From contig JABDLF010000002.1 in assembly GCA_013003115.1 (NCBI GenBank), positions 4,186 through 68,185 of the forward strand: a DNA stretch of 64,000 nt. The letters run 5' to 3'. Below, in pieces: positions 9,946 to 20,138 of this stretch (its first letter is position 1; the number at the start of each line of letters is the position of its first letter). The notes beneath the pieces were generated by a model. The model had not been told where the DNA came from. It did no database searches and saw nothing but the letters and a program-made list of their open reading frames with translations. Made by a program: the position numbers and the translations under genes. The DNA is from Gammaproteobacteria bacterium (lineage in GTDB: Bacteria > Pseudomonadota > Gammaproteobacteria > Steroidobacterales > JABDLF01).

Positions 9946-11115
9946 TTGTCCATATTTAATACCCATATCAGTGAAGACATTGATCTGCTCAGGGAAACCG
10001 TGCGCCGTTTCGCCGAGGCTGAGATTGCCCCGCGTGCAGAGGCCATAGACCGTGACAATACTTTCCCCTCCGAGCTCTGGCAGAAAATGGGCGAGCTGGG
10101 CCTGCTGGGCATGACGGTGCCGGCAGAATTTGGCGGTAGCGACATGGGCTATCTTGCTCACGTTGTTGCGACCGAGGAAATCTCGCGGGCATCGGCTTCC
10201 GTGGGGCTCTCCTATGCAGCGCATTCCAACCTGTGCATTAACAACCTCTACCTGAACGGCAGCGACGAACAGCGAAGAAAGTTTCTTCCAAAACTTTGCA
10301 GTGGCGAATGGGTGGGGGCGCTCGCCATGTCGGAACCCGGAGCCGGGTCGGACGTTGTCGGCTCAATGAGCTGCCGGGCACGAAAGACCGGTGATTACTG
10401 GGTCGCCAACGGCTCAAAAATGTGGATCACAAACGGTCCGGAAGCGCAGGTGCTCCTGGTCTACATGCGGACAGCCGAAAAAAGCGCGGGTTCGAAGTCC
10501 ATGACCGCGTTCCTCATTGAAAAGGGCATGCCTGGATTCAGCACCGCGCAAAAACTCGACAAGCTTGGCATGCGCGGTTCGAATACCTGCGAGCTGGTCT
10601 TCGATGAATGCAGGATTCCTGATGAAAACGTGCTGGGGGAAGTCAACGGGGGCGTTTACATACTGATGAAGGGGCTTGACTCAGAGCGCCTGGTGTTATC
10701 CGGCGGACCCATCGGGATCATGCAGGCCTGTATGGATATCGTTCTGCCCTATCTTAATGAGCGCAAGCAGTTTGACCGGCCCATAGGCAGTTTCGGCGTG
10801 ATGCAGGGCAAGGTCGCTGACATGTACACCGCATTGCAGGCATCGCGCGCCTTTACGTATCGAACTGCAGAGCAATTCGACCGCGGCGTTCCAACACGTC
10901 AGGACGCGGCATCCTGCCTGCTTTTAACCGCAAGCTCCGCCGTAAACGTTGCACTGGAAACAATACAATCCCTGGGCGGAAATGGTTACATCAATGAATA
11001 CCCGGCTGGCCGTTTTTTGCGCGACGCAAAGCTTTACGAGATCGGTGCCGGCACCAGCGAAATTCGTCGAATGCTGATCGGGAGAGAACTGCTTGCCGCT
11101 CAGGCAAACAGCTGA
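9946..11115 (+). CDS. ivd: Isovaleryl-CoA dehydrogenase
   Basis: 389-aa acyl-CoA dehydrogenase with the IVD-type N-terminus ([35 protein letters not shown]). TTG start. First gene of the liu-type string. Confidence 0.92.
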   Translation: MSIFNTHISEDIDLLRETVRRFAEAEIAPRAEAIDRDNTFPSELWQKMGELGLLGMTVPAEFGGSDMGYLAHVVATEEISRASASVGLSYAAHSNLCINNLYLNGSDEQRRKFLPKLCSGEWVGALAMSEPGAGSDVVGSMSCRARKTGDYWVANGSKMWITNGPEAQVLLVYMRTAEKSAGSKSMTAFLIEKGMPGFSTAQKLDKLGMRGSNTCELVFDECRIPDENVLGEVNGGVYILMKGLDSERLVLSGGPIGIMQACMDIVLPYLNERKQFDRPIGSFGVMQGKVADMYTALQASRAFTYRTAEQFDRGVPTRQDAASCLLLTASSAVNVALETIQSLGGNGYINEYPAGRFLRDAKLYEIGAGTSEIRRMLIGRELLAAQANS

Positions 11116-11139
11116 CCAACAAATCGCCGAGGAGAACCC

Positions 11140-12327
11140 ATGAGCAACAACCCCGTCGTGATTGTCTCTGCCCACAGAACGCCTATTGGCGGATTTCAGG
11201 GCACGCTTGGCGCAGTCAGCGCGACCGATCTCGGCGCAACCGCCATCAGCTCGGCGATTACCAGCGCCGGCATTGACGCTGGCCATATCAGCGAAGTCAT
11301 CATGGGCTGTGTTTTACCTGCCGGTCTCGGCCAGGCGCCTGCCCGGCAGGCAGCGATTGCAGGCGGGATTCCCATGGGCGTGGGCTGCACGACCATCAAC
11401 AAGGTTTGTGGATCGGGCATGAAAGCCACGATGCTTGCCCATGACCTGCTCGTCGCGGGCAGCGCGAGTGTGATTGTTGCCGGCGGCATGGAATCCATGA
11501 GCAATGCACCTTATCTGCTACCCAAGGCGCGTGGCGGATATCGCATGGGCCACCAGCAGGTGCTCGACCACATGTTTTTCGACGGGCTGCAGAATCCCTA
11601 CGATGGCCACATGATGGGTCATTTTGCCGAGGCAACCGCCGACAAGTATGGCTTTTCACGCGAAGAACAGGACAAGTACTCGGCGGAGTCTGTCCGGCGG
11701 GCGCTTGCAGCAGTTAAGACCGGTGCGTTCAACAATGAAATCACACCGGTAACGGTCAAGTCGCGCAAGGGCGAGGTCATCGTCGATACCGACGAGGAGC
11801 CCTTTAACTGCGACATCGAAAAAATTCCCTCACTGCGTCCTGCTTTTCGGCGCGACGGCGGCACCGTTACGGCCGCAAGTTCCTCTTCAATCTCCGATGG
11901 CGGTGCGGCCCTGGTAATGATGCGCGAATCTGATGCGAAGGCGCAGAATCTTAAGCCCCTGGCGCGTATTCTCGGACACAGTGGTTTTGCACATGAACCG
12001 GAGTGGTTCACAACCGCCCCGGTCGGCGCAATAAAGTCCTTGCACAGCAAACTCGGGCTGGCGCCAGCAGACGTGGACCTTTATGAGATCAATGAGGCTT
12101 TTGCCGTCGTCAGCATGGCTGCCATCAGAGACCTAGAACTCGACCCCGGGAAAGTGAACGTTAACGGTGGCGCCTGTGCCCTCGGGCATCCTATCGGCGC
12201 GACCGGCGCCAGGCTTATCGTGACGCTGTTGCATGCCCTTGCCTCGCGCGACCTTCGTATCGGCGTTGCAGGACTTTGCATCGGCGGCGGCGAAGCGACA
12301 GCCATCGCCATTGAACGCGCGGACTGA
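11140..12327 (+). CDS. Acetyl-CoA C-acetyltransferase (thiolase II)
   Basis: 395 aa with thiolase motifs: NKVCGSGMKA (active-site Cys) and C-terminal GGACALGHPIGATGARL ... GLCIGGGEA. GAGGAG RBS. Confidence 0.9.
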   Translation: MSNNPVVIVSAHRTPIGGFQGTLGAVSATDLGATAISSAITSAGIDAGHISEVIMGCVLPAGLGQAPARQAAIAGGIPMGVGCTTINKVCGSGMKATMLAHDLLVAGSASVIVAGGMESMSNAPYLLPKARGGYRMGHQQVLDHMFFDGLQNPYDGHMMGHFAEATADKYGFSREEQDKYSAESVRRALAAVKTGAFNNEITPVTVKSRKGEVIVDTDEEPFNCDIEKIPSLRPAFRRDGGTVTAASSSSISDGGAALVMMRESDAKAQNLKPLARILGHSGFAHEPEWFTTAPVGAIKSLHSKLGLAPADVDLYEINEAFAVVSMAAIRDLELDPGKVNVNGGACALGHPIGATGARLIVTLLHALASRDLRIGVAGLCIGGGEATAIAIERAD

Positions 12328-12336
12328 CACCGCTTT

Positions 12337-13947
12337 ATGTCTGTGATTCGAAGCAAACTCGATCTCGGCAGTGCCGCAGCGCGTGAAAACGCGGAGCGCA
12401 TGCAGGCGCTGGCTCATGATCTGCGCGAGCGTGTTGAAACCGCCATGCTCGGCGGCGGCGAAAGAGCCCGGGAGAAACACCTTTCACGGGGCAAGCTGCT
12501 GCCGCGCGACCGGATCGAGGCACTGCTGGACCCGGGCAGCCCGTTCCTCGAGCTGTCGGCGCTGGCGGCGCACGATCTTTATGACGGTGCCGCCCCCTGC
12601 GCGGGCCTCATTACGGGCATCGGCCAGGTTAATGAACGCGAAGTGGTAGTGGTCGCCAATGATGCAACCGTCAAGGGCGGCACGTACTTCCCAATGACCG
12701 TAAAAAAACACCTGCGCGCGCAGGAAGTTGCAATGGAGAATCACCTGCCCTGCATCTACCTGGTTGATTCCGGCGGCGCGTTTCTGCCGCTGCAGGATGA
12801 AGTATTTCCCGACCGTGAACATTTCGGACGGATTTTCTATAACCAGGCGCGTCTGTCGCGCGAAGGCATCGCACAGATCGCTGTAGTGATGGGATCATGC
12901 ACCGCGGGTGGTGCTTATGTTCCGGCGATGTGCGACGAGGCGATTATCGTGCGTGAACAGGGCACGGTATTTCTGGGCGGTCCACCGCTCGTCAAGGCCG
13001 CCACGGGTGAAGTGGTTGACGCAGAAACATTGGGCGGTGGCGACCTGCATTCCCGAACGTCGGGCGTGACTGACCACCTTGCCGACGACGACCGGCATGC
13101 GCTCAAGATTGCGCGCGACATCATCGCCAGCCTTAACCGGCCGGCCGCGCAGAAAATCGACCTGCGCCCGCCAGCCGAACCCCGCTATCCGGCTAAGGAT
13201 CTCTACGGCGTCGTCCCAGTCGAATCACGTTTTCCGTATGAAGTCCGGGAAGTGATTGCGCGCATTGTCGACGGCTCGAAGTTCCAGGAGTTCAAACCGC
13301 TCTACGGCAAGACTCTCGTGTGCGGATTTGCCAGAATCTGGGGCTACCCCGTCGGTATCGTCGCAAACAACGGCATCCTCTTCTCGGAATCGGCCATGAA
13401 AGGGTCGCACTTCATACAGCTGTGCAACCAGCGTGGCATTCCGCTGGTGTTTCTGCAGAACATCAGCGGTTTCATGGTTGGCCAGAAGTATGAGGCCGAG
13501 GGCATCGCAAAGCATGGCGCAAAAATGGTGAACGCCGTGGCCTGCTCGGACGTCCCGAAATTCACGATCATAATCGGCGGCTCGTTCGGCGCCGGGAACT
13601 ACGCGATGTGCGGCCGGGCATACGGCGCTCGTTTCGCGTTCACCTGGCCCAATGCAAGAATTTCTGTGATGGGTGGTGAGCAGGCTGCCACGGTGCTGGC
13701 GACGGTGAAACGTGACGCCCTGTCTGCGCGCGGATCTGACTGGGACGAACAGGAAGAATCAAAGTTCAGGCAGGACATCCGCGAACAATATGAACGCCAG
13801 GGTCATCCCTACTATGCCAGCGCGAGGCTCTGGGACGACGGCGTCATCGACCCGGTGGACACGCGCCGTGTACTGGGGCTTGGGCTCGCTGCCGCCATGA
13901 ACGCGCCTGTGCGCCGCGGCGGCGCTTACGGCGTGTTTAGAATGTAA
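12337..13947 (+). CDS. liuB: Methylcrotonyl-CoA carboxylase, carboxyltransferase (beta) subunit
   Basis: 536-aa carboxyltransferase fold with the typical MccB N-terminus ([24 protein letters not shown]). It sits between ivd and the hydratase. Confidence 0.92.
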   Translation: MSVIRSKLDLGSAAARENAERMQALAHDLRERVETAMLGGGERAREKHLSRGKLLPRDRIEALLDPGSPFLELSALAAHDLYDGAAPCAGLITGIGQVNEREVVVVANDATVKGGTYFPMTVKKHLRAQEVAMENHLPCIYLVDSGGAFLPLQDEVFPDREHFGRIFYNQARLSREGIAQIAVVMGSCTAGGAYVPAMCDEAIIVREQGTVFLGGPPLVKAATGEVVDAETLGGGDLHSRTSGVTDHLADDDRHALKIARDIIASLNRPAAQKIDLRPPAEPRYPAKDLYGVVPVESRFPYEVREVIARIVDGSKFQEFKPLYGKTLVCGFARIWGYPVGIVANNGILFSESAMKGSHFIQLCNQRGIPLVFLQNISGFMVGQKYEAEGIAKHGAKMVNAVACSDVPKFTIIIGGSFGAGNYAMCGRAYGARFAFTWPNARISVMGGEQAATVLATVKRDALSARGSDWDEQEESKFRQDIREQYERQGHPYYASARLWDDGVIDPVDTRRVLGLGLAAAMNAPVRRGGAYGVFRM

Positions 13948-13954
13948 GGCAAAG

Positions 13955-14755
13955 GTGACGACTATGTCAGATGGGTTGCTGAGTCACAGGGATGAACGCG
14001 GCGTGACCACGCTTACGCTCGATCGCCCGGACGTGCATAACGCCTTCGACGACAAGCTGATTGAGTCGCTGCGATCCGCCCTGCTCGAGTGTGACCGGGA
14101 TCCGCAAACCAGGATCATCGTATTGACCGGCTCAGGTAAGTCGTTCTCCAGCGGCGCCGATCTCAACTGGATGCAGGCCATCGCCGGATTTTCGGAAGAG
14201 GAAAACGTCGAAGACGCACTGCACCTCGCGGAACTTATGGCTGTATTAAACGGCGCCCGCAAACCCACAGTGGCCAGGGTAAACGGCCATGCATTCGGCG
14301 GCGGCGTGGGTCTCATTGCCTGCTGCGACATAGCTATCGGCACTCAGGAATCGAAGTTTGCCCTTTCGGAAGTACGTCTCGGTCTGGTGCCTGCCGTGAT
14401 ATCACCTTACGTGGTGTCCGCTATCGGTGAGCGTCAGGCACGAAGGTTTTTCCTCACGGGCGAAGTCTTTGACGCGGCAAAAGCCAGAGAAATCGGACTG
14501 TTGCATATCGCCGCGGCGCATGAAGATCTTGATACGGAGGCCGAAAAGATAATTGATGCCCTGCTGGCAGGAGGGCCGGAGGCGCAGCTGGCGAGCAAGA
14601 ACCTCGTAGCGAATATCAGTCACCACGGCGTTACAGCTTCCCATGCATTGAGAAGACGCACGGCGGAACTCATCGCGCAGCTGCGCGGCTCTGCGGAGGG
14701 CCAGGAAGGTCTGTCTGCATTCCTCGAAAAACGCAAACCCGGCTGGCGGGACTAA
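13955..14755 (+). CDS. liuC: Methylglutaconyl-CoA hydratase (enoyl-CoA hydratase family)
   Basis: 266-aa crotonase fold (GSGKSFSSGADLNWM, GHAFGGGVGLIACCDIAIG). GTG at 13955, or alternatively ATG at 13964. Confidence 0.85.
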   Translation: MTTMSDGLLSHRDERGVTTLTLDRPDVHNAFDDKLIESLRSALLECDRDPQTRIIVLTGSGKSFSSGADLNWMQAIAGFSEEENVEDALHLAELMAVLNGARKPTVARVNGHAFGGGVGLIACCDIAIGTQESKFALSEVRLGLVPAVISPYVVSAIGERQARRFFLTGEVFDAAKAREIGLLHIAAAHEDLDTEAEKIIDALLAGGPEAQLASKNLVANISHHGVTASHALRRRTAELIAQLRGSAEGQEGLSAFLEKRKPGWRD

Positions 14756-14758
14756 AGC

Positions 14759-16786
14759 GTGCCGTTCAATAAAGTACTGATTGCGAACCGCGGCGAAATT
14801 GCGGTGCGCATTATGAAAACCTGTCGGCGGCTCGGGGTGCGGACTGTTGCCGTTTATTCCGACGCGGACCGCGGCGCACATCATGTTCGTTATGCTGACG
14901 AAGCCGTATTGATCGGTCCTGCCGAAAGTCGTGAGTCCTATCTTTCCGTCGAAAAAATTCTTAACGCTGCGCACTTTTCAGGGGCTGAAGCCATTCACCC
15001 TGGTTACGGTTTCCTGTCTGAGAATCCCGAGCTCGCGCGGTCCTGCAAAGATGCGGGTCTGGTCTTCATTGGCCCAACGGCAGAGACCATCGACGCCATG
15101 GGGTCGAAAAGCGAAGCCAAGCGTCTGATGGCGGCCGCGGGCGTTCCTACGGTGCCGGGGTATCACGGTGCGCAGCAGTCTGACGCGCTGCTTGAAGAGG
15201 AAGCATCGAAACTGGGCTTTCCGATAATTATCAAGCCAAGTGCGGGCGGTGGCGGCAAGGGCATGCGCATCGTTCACAGGGCAGACGCATTCAAAACAGC
15301 GCTGGACGGGTCCCGCCGGGAGGCGAAAAGCGCGTTCGGCGACACGCAGATACTCATAGAAAAGTTTGTGGAAAGGCCCCGGCATATCGAATTTCAGGTT
15401 TTCGGTGATGCGCACGGGAACATCGTGCATTTGTTTGAACGCGAGTGTTCATTGCAGCGCCGTTATCAGAAAATTATTGAAGAAGCGCCCTCTCCTTTCG
15501 TTGATGACGAACTGGCGCGTCGTATGGGCGATGCGGCCGTCGCAGCCGCGCGCGCTGTGGACTACATCAATGCCGGAACCGTCGAGTTTATTGTCGGTGC
15601 CGATCGCCAGTTTTATTTTATGGAAATGAATACGCGGCTTCAGGTAGAGCACCCGGTAACGGAAATGACCACCGGCATTGACCTGGTGGAATGGCAGTTG
15701 CGGATTGCCGCAGGTGATCCGCTCCCGCTTTCGCAAGCACAAATCAAGCGTTGCGGACATGCCATTGAGGCGCGTGTCTACGCCGAAGATCCGCGCCAGG
15801 CCTTCCTGCCTTCAACCGGCACGGTCAGGAAGTTCAGCCATCCCCGTGGCGGATCCGGCCTGCGCATGGATGCCGCCGTCAGCAGCGGCGACGCCGTCAG
15901 CATCCATTACGACCCTATGATTGCCAAATTAATTGTTTGTGCCCCTGATCGGCCGCGGGCGATCGCGGATCTGCGGGCGGCCCTCGCCAATACTGCAATC
16001 TTCGGCGTTAAAACAAACCTTGATTTTCTTTTGCAGATCACCAAGGACGAAGCGTTTCTCGCCGGCAATGCCGACACCGGATACGTCGATCGCCACCAGG
16101 ACGAGCTGGCAACATCCGGAGACGGGCCTGCTGAGCTCGCCCTGCTCGGAGCAGCCTGCGGCGCCCTCGAAAGACGGATTACCGCAAGACGCGCAAGCAC
16201 AAGGCTTCGAACCCATCGTTCTCCCTGGCAGCAGGGCGACGGCTGGCAAGCCAATAGCCAGGGGCGCTACCGGCTGGCATTTATTGACGAGGGCGGCGAG
16301 CGGCATGTGGTCAGTATTCAAGGAAGCCTGCCGACTTTTGTTGCTGAAATCGACGAGCAGGAGAAGCGCCGCATCGCAATAACCGCTTACGCGCGCGGTC
16401 AGAACATCATCCTTGAGGCGGACGGGCAAACGCATGTGCTCAAAGTAACGCAGTCCGAAAGCAGCTTCCTGGTCAATTACCCGGGGCCCACCGGCCCCGA
16501 GCGGGCGCTGCTTGAAAGAGCCCCGCTTTACCCGGTCGCGGCCAGCGACGTGGCCGACGACGCGCATCCGGGTTCGCCTATGCCGGGTCGCGTGGTCGCG
16601 CTGCACGTCGAGCAAGGTGACAATGTTCAGCAGGGCCAGCCCTTGCTGGTGCTCGAGGGTATGAAAATGGAATACACCCTCAATGCACGAACCAGCGGCA
16701 TCATCGCTCAGGTGCACTGTGCGGTCGGTGAGCTTGTCGAAGCCGAAGTTCCCCTGGTGGACATCGATACGGCGGGGGGCGAATAG
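14759..16786 (+). CDS. liuD: Methylcrotonyl-CoA carboxylase, biotin carboxylase/BCCP (alpha) subunit
   Basis: 675 aa with an N-terminal biotin carboxylase (KVLIANRGEIAVRI, MEMNTRLQVEH) and a C-terminal biotinyl domain (LEGMKME). GTG start. Confidence 0.92.
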   Translation: MPFNKVLIANRGEIAVRIMKTCRRLGVRTVAVYSDADRGAHHVRYADEAVLIGPAESRESYLSVEKILNAAHFSGAEAIHPGYGFLSENPELARSCKDAGLVFIGPTAETIDAMGSKSEAKRLMAAAGVPTVPGYHGAQQSDALLEEEASKLGFPIIIKPSAGGGGKGMRIVHRADAFKTALDGSRREAKSAFGDTQILIEKFVERPRHIEFQVFGDAHGNIVHLFERECSLQRRYQKIIEEAPSPFVDDELARRMGDAAVAAARAVDYINAGTVEFIVGADRQFYFMEMNTRLQVEHPVTEMTTGIDLVEWQLRIAAGDPLPLSQAQIKRCGHAIEARVYAEDPRQAFLPSTGTVRKFSHPRGGSGLRMDAAVSSGDAVSIHYDPMIAKLIVCAPDRPRAIADLRAALANTAIFGVKTNLDFLLQITKDEAFLAGNADTGYVDRHQDELATSGDGPAELALLGAACGALERRITARRASTRLRTHRSPWQQGDGWQANSQGRYRLAFIDEGGERHVVSIQGSLPTFVAEIDEQEKRRIAITAYARGQNIILEADGQTHVLKVTQSESSFLVNYPGPTGPERALLERAPLYPVAASDVADDAHPGSPMPGRVVALHVEQGDNVQQGQPLLVLEGMKMEYTLNARTSGIIAQVHCAVGELVEAEVPLVDIDTAGGE

Positions 16787-16789
16787 CAT

Positions 16790-17689
16790 ATGGCCGACCT
16801 GCCCGGCACAGTTCGCATCGTCGAGGTCGGTCCGCGGGACGGCCTGCAAAATGAACAAAAGCCCGTACACACCGACGTCAAAATCGAATTCATCGAGCGC
16901 CTGAGCGCGGCGGGGCTGACTACCATAGAAACCACGAGTTTCGTTCGGCCGGACTGGATCCCTCAGCTTGCTGATGCCGAAGCCGTCATGCGCGGCTTGC
17001 GACGACGACGCGGTGTTTCCTATCCGGTGCTGGTGCCAAACGAAAAAGGAATGCAACGGGCATTGGCAGCGGAGGCTGATGAAGTTGCTGTTTTTACCGC
17101 CGCGTCGGAAACTTTTAATCAGAAGAACACCAACGCGGGAATCGACGAATCGCTAAACCGTTTTCAGTCCATTGCGACCCTGGCAAAAGAACACGGCGTA
17201 AGGATGCGCGGCTACATCTCCTGCGTGCTGGGCTGTCCGTATGAAGGCGATGTGGCGGTGGCGAAGGTCACCGACGTTGCCGGCAAGCTCGACGCGCTGG
17301 GCTGCTACGAAATTTCCCTGGGCGACACCATAGGCGCGGGCACTCCGGGGGCGGCCCGCACCATGCTGGAAACCGTGGCCCACCGCGTTCCCATGGAGCG
17401 GCTCGCAGTGCACTTCCACGATACGCGCGGGCAGGCACTCGCAAACATCTACGCCTGTTTGCAGGCTGGCGTCAGCGTGGTCGACGCATCCGTATCCGGC
17501 CTGGGCGGCTGCCCGTATGCTGGCGGCGCAACGGGCAATGTCGCAACGGAAGATCTTGTCTACATGCTTGAGGGACTCGGCATCGAAACCGGCGTCTCAC
17601 TGCCTGACTTGCTTGATGCGGGTGCCTTCATCAGCGAGGCACTCGAGCGGCAGCCCGCCAGCAAGCTTGGTAGAATCCCACGCAAATAA
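16790..17689 (+). CDS. liuE: Hydroxymethylglutaryl-CoA lyase
   Basis: 299 aa with the HMGL-like TIM barrel signature (VRIVEVGPRDGLQNE, HFHDTRGQALAN, GLGGCPYA). Confidence 0.9.
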   Translation: MADLPGTVRIVEVGPRDGLQNEQKPVHTDVKIEFIERLSAAGLTTIETTSFVRPDWIPQLADAEAVMRGLRRRRGVSYPVLVPNEKGMQRALAAEADEVAVFTAASETFNQKNTNAGIDESLNRFQSIATLAKEHGVRMRGYISCVLGCPYEGDVAVAKVTDVAGKLDALGCYEISLGDTIGAGTPGAARTMLETVAHRVPMERLAVHFHDTRGQALANIYACLQAGVSVVDASVSGLGGCPYAGGATGNVATEDLVYMLEGLGIETGVSLPDLLDAGAFISEALERQPASKLGRIPRK

Positions 17690-17740
17690 ATGCCGGCGCG
17701 ACGCCTGCAAGGCATTACTTACCAGAAGGACGGCGCCTAA

Positions 17741-18508
17741 ATGAATTTTGAAAACATCAAGGCTGTGGTTACCGGTGGAGCCTCTGGCCTCGGACACGCG
17801 GTTGCCAGCAAAGTCGTGGCGGCGGGGGGCGAAGTTGCGCTACTCGACGTAAACGCCGAGCAGGGCGAGGCCGCCGCGAAAGCACTGGGCAAAAAAGCTT
17901 TCTTTCTGTCGACAGACGTATGCAGCGAACAAAACGTAAACGCTTCGGTGAGCGAGGCGCGGAAACGGATGGGCGAAATCCGACTGGCAGTGAGCTGCGC
18001 GGGCATCCTCGGCGCAGGGCGTGTGCTCGGTCGCGACGGACCCATGCAGGGCAGCTTTTTCTCGAAGGTCATCGAAGTCAACCTGATCGGCAGCTTTCTG
18101 CTTGCCAAGGCAGCGGCCGACGCCATGCAGCACAATGCACCCGGCGATGACGGCGAGCGGGGCTTGATTGTAAACACCGCTTCAGTGGCTGCGTTCGAAG
18201 GCCAGATCGGTCAGGCCGCCTACGCGGCTTCCAAAGCCGGCGTAGCTGGCATGGCATTGCCCCTTGCCAGGGAGTTCGCACGCATCGGCGTACGCGTCAT
18301 GACCATCGCCCCCGGCATTTTTCTGACCCCCATGATGGAAGGTATGCCGGAATCGGTGCAGCAGTCCCTGGCCGCCCAGGTCCCGTTTCCGTCGCGGCTC
18401 GGCAAACCCGGGGAGTTTGCGGACCTCGTCGCCTGCATCTGCGAGAGTCCGATGCTCAATGCGGAAACCATACGCCTTGATGGCGCTATCAGAATGCAGC
18501 CCAAATAG
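17741..18508 (+). CDS. Short-chain dehydrogenase, 3-hydroxyacyl-CoA / 3-hydroxy-2-methylbutyryl-CoA dehydrogenase-like
   Basis: 255-aa SDR (VTGGASGLG, YAASKAGVAGM). Its size and sequence resemble type-2 hydroxyacyl-CoA dehydrogenases. The substrate is inferred from context only. Confidence 0.75.
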   Translation: MNFENIKAVVTGGASGLGHAVASKVVAAGGEVALLDVNAEQGEAAAKALGKKAFFLSTDVCSEQNVNASVSEARKRMGEIRLAVSCAGILGAGRVLGRDGPMQGSFFSKVIEVNLIGSFLLAKAAADAMQHNAPGDDGERGLIVNTASVAAFEGQIGQAAYAASKAGVAGMALPLAREFARIGVRVMTIAPGIFLTPMMEGMPESVQQSLAAQVPFPSRLGKPGEFADLVACICESPMLNAETIRLDGAIRMQPK

Positions 18509-18526
18509 GCGAGACAGGGAGCTCAG

Positions 18527-20134
18527 ATGCCAGATTTCGAACGCGAGTCTATGGATTACGACATGGTCGTCGTGGGCGCCGGGCCTTCCGGCCTTGCTTG
18601 CGCCATTCGCGCCAAACAAAAATCGCCCGAACTCAGCATTTGTGTCCTCGAGAAAGGCTCTGAAGTAGGTGCGCATCTGCTATCGGGCGCGGTCCTCGAA
18701 CCGGGTGCGCTAGACGAACTGTTGCCCGAGTGGCGAGACGAAAAACCGGAGATATGCGTGCCGGCCGGCCGCGACGAATTCATGCTACTGACGCGCAAGG
18801 GCAAAACGCGTCTGCCAACGCCACCGCAAATGAAGAACCACGGCAATTTCATTGTCTCCCTGGGCGCACTCGGGCGTTGGATGGCAGAAAAAGCCGAAGG
18901 GCTGGGTGTGGACGTATTTGCCGGCTTTCCCGCGTCGGCCCCGCTGTTTAACGAGCAGGGCAGCGTCATCGGCGTCCAGGTCGGCGACATGGGTCTGAAG
19001 GAAAATGGAGAACCCGGCCCTAATTTCACCCCCGGCGTCGAAATACGCGCAAAGTTCACCATCCTGGCCGAGGGGTGTCGCGGCAGCATTTCGAAACAGC
19101 TCATCAGCCGCTACGCCCTCGACAAAGACTGCTCACCGCAAACGTACGGCCTGGGCCTCAAGGAACTCTGGCAGCTTCCGAAAGGCCGTGGCAAGCCTGG
19201 TCTTATCCAGCACAGCATCGGCTGGCCCCTTGATACGCAAACTTACGGCGGAAGCTTCGTTTACCATCTCGATGGCGACCGCGCCTATGTCGGTTTCGTA
19301 GTCGGGCTCGATTACAGCGACCCCGCTTTTTCACCGTTTGAAGCGTTCCAGCAATTTAAACATCACCCAGCCATGCACGCGCTTCTGGAGGGTGGCGAAA
19401 TCATCTCTGCCGGCGCACGCAGCCTGATAGAGGGTGGCTACCAGTCGATGCCAAAAATGGACATGCCGGGGGCACTGCTCGCGGGTGATGCAGCAGGAAC
19501 ACTGAATGCGCCGAAAATCAAAGGCATTCATATGGCCATGCGCTGTGGCATGGAGGCCGCCGATCACCTCACCGAAAAAGGCAGCTGCCATGGCTTCGAT
19601 AAACACTGGCGCGCAACCGAATGGGCGAAAGAATTATACAAGGTGCGCAATATCCGCCCCGGTTTCAACAAGGGAATGTGGTTTGGGCTTCTCAATGCCG
19701 CACTTGAAACAGTCACTTTTGGCAAGCTGCCATGGACACTTAAAAATCATGCTGACTGGTCGAGCCTCGAGAAGCAGGACAAGGCAATTGAGGTGGCCAG
19801 GGATTGGGTAAGCCGTGAACTGCCGCCTCGCGACCGACTTGCTTCGGTGTTCTTCGCAGCCACGGACCACGACGAGAGTCAGCCAAAGCATCTGAAAGTT
19901 GCCGACACCAGTATCTGCGCAACCCGCTGTGCGGAGGAATACGACAACCCGTGCACGAGGTTTTGCCCCGCCAACGTTTACGAAATGGTCGACGATGGAT
20001 CCGGCGGCAAACGCCTCCAGATCAATGCTGCCAATTGCGTGCACTGCAAAGCCTGTGACATCAAAGACCCTTACCAGATCATTGACTGGGTGACGCCCGA
20101 GGGCGGATCAGGCCCCAATTACCAGAATCTCTGA
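18527..20134 (+). CDS. Electron-transfer flavoprotein:ubiquinone oxidoreductase
   Basis: 535 aa with an FAD motif (DMVVVGAGPSGLACA) and a C-terminal 4Fe-4S cluster motif (CPANVYE ... NCVHCKACDIKDP) typical of ETF-QO. Confidence 0.92.
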   Translation: MPDFERESMDYDMVVVGAGPSGLACAIRAKQKSPELSICVLEKGSEVGAHLLSGAVLEPGALDELLPEWRDEKPEICVPAGRDEFMLLTRKGKTRLPTPPQMKNHGNFIVSLGALGRWMAEKAEGLGVDVFAGFPASAPLFNEQGSVIGVQVGDMGLKENGEPGPNFTPGVEIRAKFTILAEGCRGSISKQLISRYALDKDCSPQTYGLGLKELWQLPKGRGKPGLIQHSIGWPLDTQTYGGSFVYHLDGDRAYVGFVVGLDYSDPAFSPFEAFQQFKHHPAMHALLEGGEIISAGARSLIEGGYQSMPKMDMPGALLAGDAAGTLNAPKIKGIHMAMRCGMEAADHLTEKGSCHGFDKHWRATEWAKELYKVRNIRPGFNKGMWFGLLNAALETVTFGKLPWTLKNHADWSSLEKQDKAIEVARDWVSRELPPRDRLASVFFAATDHDESQPKHLKVADTSICATRCAEEYDNPCTRFCPANVYEMVDDGSGGKRLQINAANCVHCKACDIKDPYQIIDWVTPEGGSGPNYQNL

Positions 20135-20138
20135 GCGC

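Noticed and set aside
15929-17056. 375-aa ORF antisense to the mccA/HMG-CoA lyase genes.
   Set aside because: The opposite strand encodes proteins with unmistakable family motifs. The antisense translation is Arg/Gly/Ala-rich with no recognisable domain, which is a typical shadow ORF in GC-rich DNA.
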